A stretch of DNA of 64,000 bases, taken from assembly GCF_963676685.1 (NCBI RefSeq), contig NC_092347.1, positions 98,828,001-98,892,000 on the forward strand. The letters are read 5' to 3'. Numbering within the stretch: position 1 is the first letter of the stretch; each line of letters starts with the position of its first letter. The position numbers were made by a program, and so were the translations under genes. The notes under the pieces were generated by a model. That model did no database searches. It had not been told where the DNA came from and saw nothing but the letters and a program-made list of their open reading frames with translations. Shown here piece after piece: positions 12,801 to 23,430 of the stretch. This stretch comes from Mytilus edulis (Eukaryota).

Positions 12801-13774
12801 CTCTACTTGATATTGAAACCCAACGCATTATTACATTTGTTGTTGTCAAGGTTACTGAAACTGGGTCATCTTCAAAAATGGAAGTTGAAGGTTTTCGAAG
12901 ATGCATGACTCTTCTGCTTGACATGGGGTTCAGGATTGAGGTGTTAGCTACGGATCGGCATGTTCAGATAAGAAGCATCATGAAGAAGGAATTTCCGGAA
13001 GTGCAACATCAGTTTGATGTTTGGCACTTGTGCAAATCGATTAAAAAAAAGCTAACATTGAAGGCTAAAGGGAAAGGTTGCGAAGATTTAAACCATTGGA
13101 TGAAATCTATTTGTAATCATTTGTGGTGGTGTGCCAGTAATTGTGGTGGAGATAAGGACATTTTGGAAGAAAGCTGGATTTCCATTGTAAATCATACTGT
13201 TGATATACATTCTTTTGAGGGTAAATTCTTCAAGCAATGTGCTCACACACCAATTGAACCTGAAGTGTCTGACACTAAAAAATGGCTTGTAAAAGATTCA
13301 AAAGCCCATAAGGCATTAAAGGAAGTAGTGTTGGACAAGCGTTTGAGAAAGGACATTCGTCAGCTAAATGAATTTTGTCATACAGGAAATTTAGAAGTTT
13401 TTCACAGTCTGTTGCTGAAATATACACCAAAACGCCAGGAATTCGATAATGATCAAATGTGGACACGTACTGCTTTGGCGGTAATTGATCATAATCTTAA
13501 CCAAAATCGTGGTCAAAAGGTCAACAAAGATGGTGAAAAAGCATACAAATTGGTTTGTCCAAAGGCAACTGGGCAATGGGTGGCAAAGCCAGTGTTTAAT
13601 AACAAAAATTATCAGTGGGTATTTGCTATGATCGAAAACGTGTTGGTTCAAAAAGAAACAATGACACTGCCAGTAAAGGAAAGGGCACAGGAAGGAAATA
13701 TTGCTCCTTTGCCTGTTCCCTCAAAATCTGCATTGATTCAGAAACATTTTTCTCGATTTGAAAAATCCAGTTGA
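6836..13774 (+). CDS. Kolobok transposase (THAP zinc finger + DDE + H2CH), 3 exons: 6836-7210, 8807-8962, 11879-13774; 808 aa
   Basis: Exon 1 is a THAP domain (MPSCQAINC...FFEIP...W...VCEEHF...LKPGAVPT). Both GT..AG introns are phase 0 and join the exons in frame with no stops (125+52+631 codons). Exon 3 has LAGDGRCDSPG, LATDRH, QFDVWH, NHTVDIH...CAH and HTGNLEVFHS. Confidence 0.88.
7682..7829 (+). mobile_element. Small GC-rich MITE (CAGGGGCGGATCCAG...CTGGATCCGCC)
   Basis: Terminal inverted GGCGGATCCAG. Related to the elements at 7895 and 9124. The TSD is degraded. Confidence 0.7.
7895..7991 (+). mobile_element. 97-bp MITE with 5-bp TSD TCTTT
   Basis: TCTTT|CAGGGGCGGATGCAGG...CCTGGATCCGCCACTG|TCTTT. 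It is an internal-deletion version of the copy at 9124. Confidence 0.85.
8065..8415. mobile_element. piggyBac-like non-autonomous element
   Basis: TTAA|CCCTCTTGCTGCCA...TGGCAAAAAGAGGG|TTAA; 12 of 14 TIR positions match, with CCC/GGG termini. Confidence 0.78.
8995..9894. mobile_element. Non-autonomous TIR element in transposase intron 2
   Basis: Imperfect ~45-bp inverted ends: GGCCTACTTATCGTCCAACTGGGGTTAG versus reverse complement GGCCTACTTTGATTCGCCCAACTCAGGTAG. The TSD is not clear. Confidence 0.6.
9124..9275 (-). mobile_element. 152-bp MITE with 5-bp TSD TGGTA
   Basis: TGGTA|CAGTGGCGGATCCAGG...CCTGCATCCGCCCCTG|TGGTA. Same family as the copy at 7895, in opposite orientation. Confidence 0.85.
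11070..11800 (+). repeat. Degenerate copy of the 14567-15255 repeat family, with a nested AAAAGAAGATGTGGTATGATTGCC-type repeat (~11498-11746)
   Basis: Shares TTTGGTGTATGGAA and TTTCATGG(G/T)TCA motifs with 14567-15255. The nested piece matches the reverse complement of ~52010-52255. Confidence 0.65.
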
Positions 13775-14566
13775 ATATTTTTCTTGATATAAATATGAAA
13801 CAACCATTTTACTGGGGGTATTTTTTTTGTATCATGCAAGCATCTTTTTTCCCAGCACTGTACATTTGTACAAACATGATAAATTTGTCATTCAGTTCAT
13901 ACATGCAGCATGGTATGAAATCATATAATGTTCTGGTGAGGGTTTTTTTTTTTGGAATGATTGATTTAATTTTTGGTGTTTAATGTCACTTTCAACAATG
14001 AATAATGAATATTTCAGTTTTATTATGAATATAAGGATTAACTTGACCTCGAGTTTCATACCAGAGGGTTTGGTTAAAGTAATTTGATAATAGATATATA
14101 CTGTTCATGTACATGATGTATGTTAATGTGATTACAATGATCATTATATACATGTTTTTCTTTAAAAAAATAAATTTATGCCTTCCCAAATGACATACAT
14201 ACATTTTGTACTTACGAATTTCCATATTTTCTATTTCATTTTGGCTTTATCAAATACTTGCATATAATTTAAGCAGAACATGATTTGCAGTACAGGATGC
14301 AACCCTCTGGCGCACCTTGAAAAGTCGTAAGGTTGTAAGTCCCTGGCGTGGATGTAATATGCTCGTAAACTTGGCCTGCTGCAAATCATATCTTGCATAT
14401 AGTTTGGTTGTTAGGTGAAGGGGGGGGGAGGAGTTTGATTGTATGTATGTTTTTTGGTGAATTATATCATTAGTATATTCAGTTGTTTTCTTCAATCTCT
14501 ACACAGCTTAAAGGATAACTACATTTTGTTTATGTAATGATTATGATGATTGTTTGGTGTACATAG

Positions 14567-15255
14567 TGATCCGGCGGCGGCATTAGCTAACTTCTTAAAA
14601 GCTTTATATTTTAGAAGGCGGAAGACTTCATACTTTGTATATAGATGCCTCATGTTACGAACTTTCTGTCAGTCACATGTCCAATGTCCTTGACCTCATT
14701 TTCATGGTTCAGTGACTACTTGAAAAAAAAGTTAAGATTTTTTGTAATGTTAAATTCTCTCTTATTATAAGTAATAGGATAACTATATTTGGTATGTGCG
14801 TACCTTGCAAGGTCCTCATGCCTGTCAGACAGTTTTCACTGGACCTCGACCTCATCAATGCTCATTTCATGGATCAGTGAACAAGGTTAAGTTTTGGTGG
14901 TCAAGTCCATATTTCAGATACTGTAAGCAGTAGGTCTAGTATATTCGGTGTATGGAAGGACTGTGAGGTGTACATGTCCAACTGGCAGGTGTCATCTGAC
15001 CTTGACCTCATTTTCATGGTTCAGTGGTTATAGTTAAGTTTTTGTGTTTTGGTCTTTTTTTCTAATACTATATGCAATAGGTCAACTATATTTGGTGTAT
15101 GGAAATATTTTATGATCTATATGTCAGTCATGCAGGTTTTATTTGACCTTGACCTCATTGTCATTGCTCAGAGTAATAAAGCTTTATATTTAGGACTCAA
15201 CATAATATCAATGATAAGTAAAGAAGGCGAGACATTTCAGCGTGTGCACTCTTGT
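14567..15255 (+). repeat. Dispersed repeat with internal tandem subunits (TGACCTTGACCTCATTTTCATGG), probably a non-autonomous Helentron-like element
   Basis: About four diverged internal repeats between a GATCCGGCGGCGGC start and an AGCGTGTGCACTCTTGT end. It lies between the two Kolobok genes. The classification is inference. Confidence 0.55.
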
Positions 15256-15515
15256 ATGAATAGAGACATTGGTTTTAGACCACTAAAAGTAAAAAAACAC
15301 CTATGAACTACACCAACAAAAGACTACCACTAAACAACAGGCTCCGGACAGGTGCATATATAAATGCAGTAGTTTTTAATAATTATTCAAAGGCAACAGT
15401 TTATACAAGTTTATATAATTAACAATATATTATTAGCTTCATACAAAACTATCACATTCATGTATAATTTTTGTGTTTCTTTGCAAATCCTTTGTCATTA
15501 TGATTTTAAAACATT

Positions 15516-17049
15516 TCAACAAAACAGTTCTCTCACATCTATAGCAGCTTGAAATCCTGTATAATCATTGTTGTTCTCTGGGAAGGAATCTCTAATGTCT
15601 TTGACAACACAAGAAGGAATTACCACCCTTCTTCCTTTTCCAAGTTTTTCTCCTTTAAGCATCCAACAAATGAATTGTCTGTAAGCAACAAGACGGGATT
15701 GTCTGTAATAAAATATACAAATGAAAATGAAAGCATCAAATATATGATAGATTTTGGAAAAAATGGATTTATCCAAATTTCAACAGAACTGACAATAATG
15801 CATGTAGTTTAATTTATTTCACATGGTCACCAAAGATGAGAAAAGATATATATAGTAACCACTTTACTCCATCTGTCATTCTATCTGTCCAAAAGACATT
15901 GGGCATTAATTATGAAAAAGTCTCCCAACATTGAGCATTTCACGACTAGGCAAACAGCAGTCCTCAAAATAAAACATTGAAAACAAGACTGCAACCAGAA
16001 ACCACTTAACTCGGGGAAAGGCAGGCTGATTCTGCTCAAGAGGTGGTGCTTGATATATGTCTTATATATTAGTACAAATTTGTTGATTTCAGGAAGTCAT
16101 ATTCAAAGAAGAATAGAAAGGGATTGTGGTTATGACATTCAAAAATACATTTTATTAATTTCTGTGTCATTTTGGTCTCTTGTGGAGAGTTGTCTCATGG
16201 CAGTCATACAGCATCTTTTTTATATAGTATCATTCCACTTAAAGACACTCGAAAAATCGGAGCAAATATTATATTTTCTTTTCAATAGAATGAAAGTTAT
16301 GCTGACATTAATAATAGTCACATTCGGTGTATACAGTTCCAAGTTCAGTTGACCCACTCTGACTCATGGTTCCTGTTAAAGTTTGCATTTGTTGGTGAAA
16401 ACTTTGAAAAAAAAAAAAAAAAATAGATTTTTTTGTAATTCACTTTTTTTTTGTCTCATAGTGAGAGAACAATTTCAATTTATAGTAGGCAGTGTTCAAA
16501 CTCATTATTAATCGACGTGTACTTAATGGGAAATGACAATATTAAAATTTTTGAAGGACCACCTCACCCTACACCCCCCCCCCCCCAATATTTTTTAAAA
16601 TAAATTGTCTCTGTGTCTATTATTTGTGCAGACAACCAGATATAAGTTAGTTTGAAAGGAAACCTTTTTATTTAATTCTGGTTAATAAAACTTTTAAAAT
16701 GTCCAAAAATTCACCTGTTGCTCAATTCTTCCGGCGCTCGGCCTTGCTGTCCCTTGTACATCATCATCTGAATGTAAGCCAGTGCTAATACATCGGAATT
16801 TAAAATTAAGGTGTCATAACTATGGTGCATGGTAATGCAGTTGTGGTCTTCCAAGTTCGGTAGCACCAAATCTGATACCCTACAACAAACATTTTCTTCA
16901 AGGGACGGCATTTCCTGACAGTTCCCACACTCGCACCATTCATCCAATGTCTGAACTACAGCTTCAGAAGATGCTAATGCAGCTCTATTTCGATCTTCAA
17001 GTTCTTGAACAGTGAGCTCAGGTTCGAAGTTGTAAGCAACAAGACCCAT
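15516..17049 (-). CDS. KolX-like protein (P2X7 C-terminal ballast/nanor-like Cys-rich domain), 2 exons: 17049-16715 and 15702-15516; 173 aa
   Basis: A phase-2 intron (AACAG|gtga...ttacag|ACAA) joins WCECGNC...ENVCC...CITMH to RLVAYRQFICW...LGKGRRVVIPSCVVKDIRDSFP...YTGF, the motif series of the P2X7 ballast domain. It is convergent with the transposase, as in Kolobok elements. Confidence 0.87.
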
Positions 17050-18913
17050 CTGATTTTGGATATTTCCGCGGTACGTGTGTAAATAGAATTAGTTTTGCAA
17101 AGTTTCAGATGCTGGAACAGGTAAACCGGAACCGTAGGAGTGACGTCAGGGCTAAAACAATAATGGCTGCCTACATGGAGGCGGGAATTTCAAAATTGAT
17201 AATTGTAAAATATTGATTTATTTCATAACGGTACACTTTTTTAACACAAACGTTGTTAAAAATATATTTATATAATAATTTTCTATTAATTTATCCAAAT
17301 TTTTTTTTTTGGTTTCCTTCTCCTTTAATAAATATACCATTCTATACATGCATGCTCATACATATATTTTTGTATTATATTGCTATAAATGTTAAAGAAG
17401 ACTTCATAAATCTGTTTGACTTGTGTCTTATCCAATTTGTACTTAAACAAATGAAATATGTTCAAACTAAAACCGCTCATGTGTCAGAAATCAAGACTAC
17501 GATACACTGTTTTTTCTCACTTTTTGTGCGCTGCAGATTAAATCCAAATAGGACATGTCAACAATAACATTATCATATGAAACATACAATTCAATGGTTT
17601 GCATCGTTATGTTTTTGTTGGTTTGTTGTTTTGTACATATTGAGAAAAGACACATTTAGCTTCGGAGCCGTATTAACAGGCCTAGGGGATAAAATCTAAT
17701 ATTGGTTCTTCGGAGCCGTATTAACAGGCCTAGAGGGAGCCGTATTAACAGGCCTAGGGGATCAAATCTAATATTGGTTCTAAATAGATAAAAGATTAAT
17801 TCAGTGAAAAAAAACGGTATTCATTTAGAGAAACTTTTATGACCTAGGATGAAGTTTCTCGTTCAAATATTTTGACTTGATGTTTTAACAACTCTATTAT
17901 TAATGTATTTTTTTTCCATTGTTCGTTGTATTTATCGACGTTTGTTTCTAACATGATGTTTTGTAATCATAACTAACTAATATATTTGTTTTAAATGACT
18001 CACTGAAAAAGAGCGTTATGAACTCATGAGACTAAATTCAACATAAATTAAATTAAAAACATACATCCATTAGGAAAAAGCAACATATCTAGATCATGTG
18101 TCATTTCTTAAATGTGTTATTTTTGCAAATTTTTAACTAAGAGGGTTAAGGGGAATGACTGAGTTTTACTTCAGATTAGTTCAACAAACATCGAGTCTTG
18201 TGTAGACGAAACGCGCGTCTAGCGTAAATACAAAATTTAACTCTGGTATCTATGAGTTTATCTATATATTTATATTTATCTCAAGTTTAAAAAAAAAAGA
18301 TCTTCTATTTCGAGTAAAACCTTTCGAATCGAACATCAACTGTCGAAACAATCAAAACAATCCTAGCAAACTCTCATTTTATATTAAAATAGCATTTTCT
18401 CTCTAAAACACAATAATACAACTTATGTTTTAACAGTTATTGATTTATATTTGTTGTATACCAATCATGTTATTCTTTTCAATTATCTTACTTTCGTTAA
18501 TACAATTATTTCTAAGAAACACAAATGAATAAAATTACAAAAAAGAGAAATTTATCCTCTACAAAAATGCCTTTATTAATATATTTATTTGATGATGGGT
18601 TTTCTGAAATATAAAATGAATAATTCCACACAACGTGCATGGATCTAAATCGTTTATTTAAGAATTCAAAAAATCTCTGTAAAGTGAAATGTTTTGGCTT
18701 TAATTTTTAGGTAACTTTGGATTAAGATCATCATTTATTTACGCAAATTTTATGTTTTGTCCGTTATTGTTTTAGGCAGACCTAGATAAGCTTTCAGGAA
18801 CAACCAAAAAAACAATAAAAAAGCAATTTAGTAGGTTAGAATTAAATCTGAGGGAATTTAAGGCGATTGGTTTAAAGCATATTAACAAAATATCGTTAAA
18901 AAGTGCAAAAATT

Positions 18914-19137
18914 TGTCAGTCTATGACTTTCAATCATTATCATTATGAAAAATTATGAAAAATTATTATTTTTTATAAAAAATATTTTGATAAATTGTTC
19001 GTTATAAAAATTCATAATTAATTTTGATTGATTTGTGATATTAGTATAATTCATCATATTTTATTATGAAACGAGAACTATATAAGGCCTCAATAACCAA
19101 GCATTCAACACATCACTGTACCATCGTATCAAAGCAA
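18914..19137 (+). promoter_or_regulatory. Promoter and non-coding exon 1 of Gly/Tyr-rich gene 1
   Basis: TGTCAGTCTATGACTTTCAA (18914), TGATTGAT (~19025), TATATAA (19079), and a ~30-nt exon ending CAAAGCAA|GTAAGT (19137/19138). The same layout precedes all four genes. Confidence 0.8.
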
Positions 19138-19628
19138 GTAAGTGTCTTTAGTCTATCATTAACTGTATTGTCTGTAACGCTGTTGAACTGTGCATCTCAA
19201 TCAAGTATTTTATTTTCTATCGATTGTTTAAACTTTGATATTTGTTGTTCTTTACTTCTTCACGATACTATTGTTTTTTTTTAATTTTTTGTCCATTCGT
19301 TTGATGTGTTTTATCATTTGATTTTGCCATTTGATTAGGGACTTTCCATTTTCCATTTTCCGCGGAGTTTAGTATGTTTGTGATTTTCTTTATTCGTTAC
19401 CTTTTTTATAAAGTATTTCTGGTCGCTTAATGATGCACAAGATATCGACAAGAAAAGTATGCAACCGTCAGTAATATGAACAACTTTTTGTCATTGAAAT
19501 TTTATTCGGTCAGGCAACTATGTCAACTCTTTTATTAATAGTGAGACAATCATAATTTGTCCCACTTGTCACCTCGTGTATTAAGGATTGTGTACCCTTG
19601 TGTTGATTCAATGCTAAACATATGGAAA

Positions 19629-19965
19629 TTTTATAGAAAGTCCACAGCATTTATCCTTGTACTCTTATATTTGGCAATTTCATGACTGATAGATTTTTGC
19701 TTGCAGTGCTAACATTGATTTCCTTAAAACGAGTTTATTAATGTAGCTATTGGTAATTTTATAACAAAAATCTCTGTATTAAAGGCTGTGGATTTTCTAT
19801 AAAAATATTGGTTTGTTTTATAGAAAAACCACAGCATTTATCCTTGTACTCTCATATTTGGCAATTTCATGACTGATAGATATAAGATTTTTGCTTGCAG
19901 TGCAAGCATTGATTTCCTTAAAACGAGTTTATTAAGGTAGCTATTGGTTATAAAAATATTGGTTT
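19629..19965. repeat. ~125-bp direct duplication with a short inverted segment between the copies (intron 1 of gene 1)
   Basis: TTTTATAGAAA(G/A)(T/A)CCACAGCATTTATCC...GTAGCTATTGGT occurs at ~19629 and ~19816, with the inverted GCTGTGGATTTTCTATAAAA at ~19785. Confidence 0.75.
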
Positions 19966-21933
19966 ATTTGCCACAAAGTACTCTTTTTCTATCAAATGCA
20001 ATGAAGCAATATATAATAATGCTTTGCATCAAGTTTCCCCTTGGTATATGTACAAATTGGCCTATCTCTATTATTCATTACATCTGTAGTTTTGATAAAA
20101 TTGAAGTTAAATTCGTTAAAAAATGGCTGCAGAAGGGGCCATAAACCTTAAAGACTTTAAACTGTCGTACGAAGAAATAGTAGAAAAATACAAGTTCGGT
20201 TGTAATCCCCATTTTTTTTTCTAATTAGAATTAAATGCATAACAGTGTGGTCGACAGTAAAACGTTTGTAGGTTGTAACTTGTTTGTCAACGACTATGAT
20301 TTTATGCTCACCCAGTCTGTCAGAGGCCCTCCAGTGGGGATTGAAATATTCACTTGTTACACATTCCGATACAAAGCTTGAAAGGAATTTGTTTTAAATA
20401 TTTATTATAATCATCACATACAACCGTGTCATTTATAAGAATAATAATGTTCAGAGATGATATTATTTAATAATAATAAAAAAATAGGTTTATCCATTGT
20501 AAAAAAAAATATTAAGTTGATGGGGTTAATTCACAAAATATCTCATTGATTAAGAGCACAACTACTTCTACGGTGTGATCATTTAAGAATGGCCTACTAT
20601 TTATTCAATGCGTATACATGTGGGTTTTGTTTGTGAAGAGTTCTGGATAATTAAAAAATCATTTGATTTCTTTGTTTAATACCATAAAACGATTCATTCT
20701 TTCAGATATTTGTCACTTTGCCTTATCTTCAAGTCCAACACAATTTCTCACGTTTCTTACAAAACTTATATTCTTGTGATGTATTCTTTTGTTGGAAAAA
20801 AAATGTATTGATATAGATAGATATAGGAAGATGTGGTATGAGTGCCAATGAGACAACTCTCCTCCCAAGTAATAATTCATAAAAGTAAATCATTATAGGT
20901 CAAGGTACGACCTGCAACACGGAGCCTTGGCTCACACCGAACAGCAAGTTATAGAGGGCCCCAAAACTACTAGTGTAAAACCATTCAAACGGGAAAACCA
21001 ACGAGAAACGAAAAACACATATGAGCTACATAAACAGACGACATCATGCATTGTAACTTTTAAAGCCAATTAAGTAAAAAAAGATAATCTGAAAGAACGT
21101 GCGATATCATATTAGGAAAATACATGGTCAAACCATAACAAAAAATCAAGTAAAGAATTTTAAGTATTCAACCTTTATAGCTTGCTGTTCGGTGTCAGCC
21201 AAGACTCCGTGTTGAAGGCCATTTTTATTTATTTTCAAATTACAAAGGTTATTCCTGATTAGTATTTTTAATTATTTTATTTAGGCGTTTAGAACCTTTG
21301 GTGACCTCACAGTTTAAATTTCTATGATAAGTACGTCGTGAACAGTGGGCATTACAGACGAACGTTCACCTAATTTCCCCCAGTCAATGAATGGCCATAG
21401 CTACACTGTTATGAATTTCATTCTATAAGAAAATTGTATCTGAGGAATTATATACAAATGATCTGCCTAACAGCGACTTCTGTACTTGTACTGTAATAAC
21501 GTAGAAAGCGGAAACTATCTGGTGGCGCATATCTTTAGTCTTACCAAATAAGATAGAAGAGATTTTTTTTAAAGAAAAAGAAGTACAGCAATGACTCATC
21601 CCTCTGCGGTCTTTTTTGTACATTAAATTAAAACCAGGTTCTACCAAACATGTTTTTCTTAAAATGCCCTTAACGAAGGCAGGAATATGGCAGAATTTGT
21701 CAAATTGTCTGTTTCTACGTGTATTGGCGTTTGTATTTTGTTGCAGTTCAGTGTTTCTGTAGTTCCGTTGTTTACAATTTGTTTTTGTGTTTTAATTTGT
21801 AACTTTTGATGAAGGTGGTATACCTCTGTTGCCTTTATTGACCAACAATAGCCAAACTGAATTTCCGGCTATTGCATTCGAGATTCTCTTATTAAGTACT
21901 CTGTAACTAAGAACATTTTTTTTCTATTGCAGA

Positions 21934-22985
21934 ATGCAACTCTTAGTCGGAATTCTCCTGGTTATCTGTAGCGCAGTCAGCGCATCCTATAAAGGAGGAT
22001 ATGGTGGATACGGAGGTGGATACGGAGGATACGGAGGTGGATTCGGTGGAGGATTCGGCGGAGGATTCGGTGGTGGATACGGAAGAGGAATCGGAGGTGG
22101 ATATGGAGGATATGGATTCGGTGGCGGATACGGAGGATACGGTGGCGGATACGGTGGTGGATACGGAGGCGGATATGGAAGAGGAAAAGTTGTTATCGTT
22201 AAAGGCGGTTATGGTGGCGGTTATGGGGGTTATGGTGGTGGATTAGGAGGTGGATATGGTGGTTTCGGAGGTATTGGAGGAGGATATGGTGGTTATGGTG
22301 GTTATGGAGGTGGTTATGGTGGTTATGGTGGTTACGGACGTGGATTCGGTGGATTTGGAGGTTTTGGTGGTGGATATGGTGGAGGATATGGTGGATACGG
22401 ATACGGAAAGGGAAAAGGTAAGATAATTTCTGCAGAAAATATTATTTTGTCTATTATTTTATGACATGATGTTGATAGCTATTCAAGTACAAGATACATG
22501 ATGTTGATAGCTATTCAAGTACAAGACAGACATAACTCAGAACTTACAGAACTTTGAAAAACTAATTTCAGTTAAACCTCAATAAGAATTACTTGTAATA
22601 TCCATTTGTTATTGATTATATGCTAATTTGTTATTGTTTTCACACAATTCCGTATTGTTGTTTTTAAATAGGTACGTGAAATATTACTTCACCAATCTGT
22701 AATAGACTATTTTCATGTTACCGACTTTTGACTCCTGAGTTATTATTTTTTGACCGGTTACCTTCTCCAATGTTGGACATTATGGAACTCACTTATTGTT
22801 TATTTTCGTAAACAATACCCATTAAAATGTGTATTTACCATGTTTACCGATCATAAAAAAAATAAATACTGCTGAGGCAATAAATAAACTTAAATAAAAC
22901 AACAATCCGAAAAACAAAAAGATATCTTTGTAAAGCGAAAGTTATGCTATGATAACATTATGTTCTTTATTTTGCAGGATATTAA
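21934..22985 (+). CDS. Secreted Gly/Tyr-rich structural protein, copy 1 (coding exons 21934-22417 and 22978-22985; 163 aa ending GKGKGY)
   Basis: Acceptor ttgcag|A-ATG, signal peptide MQLLVGILLVICSAVSA, GGY/GGF repeats, central GKVVIVKG, donor AAAG|gtaag, last exon ttgcag|GA TAT TAA. Confidence 0.9.
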
Positions 22986-23169
22986 ACACAGAATCTAACC
23001 CAGAACGGACAACGAATGCTTTTCTTTTTTACATTTCTGATATAAAATATAATCGTTGCATTTAATTTGTGTTGTTTTACCTTCTTTCATAAATCTACAG
23101 TCCCTTTATAGACTTAACCTCATAGAATCAAATCGACTAAACTGTGTGAGAAAGCAAGTCAACCTCGAA

Positions 23170-23430
23170 AAGATCATCTTAATATTTAGAGTTCTCGATG
23201 CTACACATTGCTATTCCCTATACTGGATTAAAAGATCATCTTAATATTTAGAGTTCTCAACGCTTCACATTGCTATTCCCTATAATCGATTGAAAGACCA
23301 TCTTAATATTTAGAGTTTTCAACGCTTCACATTGCTATTCCCTATAATCGATTGAATGATCATCTAAATATTTAGAGTTCACAAGTTAATCTCAACGCTT
23401 TACATTGCTATTCCCTATACTCGTTTGAAG
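23170..23430 (+). repeat. 62-bp minisatellite B, 4 copies, downstream of gene 1
   Basis: Unit AAGATCATCTTAATATTTAGAGTTCTCAACGCTTCACATTGCTATTCCCTATAATCGATTGA at 23170, 23232, 23294 and 23356. Confidence 0.9.

Larger units (their letters stand above)
5583..17324 (+). mobile_element. Kolobok-superfamily DNA transposon, full length, with two convergent genes
   Basis: TTAA (5579-5582) | AGGAGAAGGAAACC ... GGTTTCCTTCTCCT | TTAA (17325-17328): 14-bp perfect TIR, RR..YY termini and TTAA TSD. It encodes a THAP-DDE transposase plus a tail-to-tail second gene. The empty paralogous site is at ~26311-26330. Confidence 0.93.

Noticed and set aside
11921-13774. Stand-alone 617-aa host gene or domesticated protein
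   Set aside because: It is exon 3 of the spliced transposase, inside intact TIRs and TSD, and is absent from the paralogous locus.
15516-17049. P2X7 purinoceptor gene
   Set aside because: Only the ballast-like domain is present; there are no transmembrane or ectodomain exons. It is the transposon accessory gene.
5583-17324. piggyBac assignment because of TTAA
   Set aside because: The termini are AGG...CCT rather than CCC/CCY, and the protein has an N-terminal THAP domain plus a convergent KolX gene.
22001-22246. Acidic V/D/T/E/M-rich ORFs (also 30887-31165 and 58164-58484)
   Set aside because: These are shifted-frame shadows of the GGY codon repeats. They have no signal peptide, and their starts differ between paralogs.
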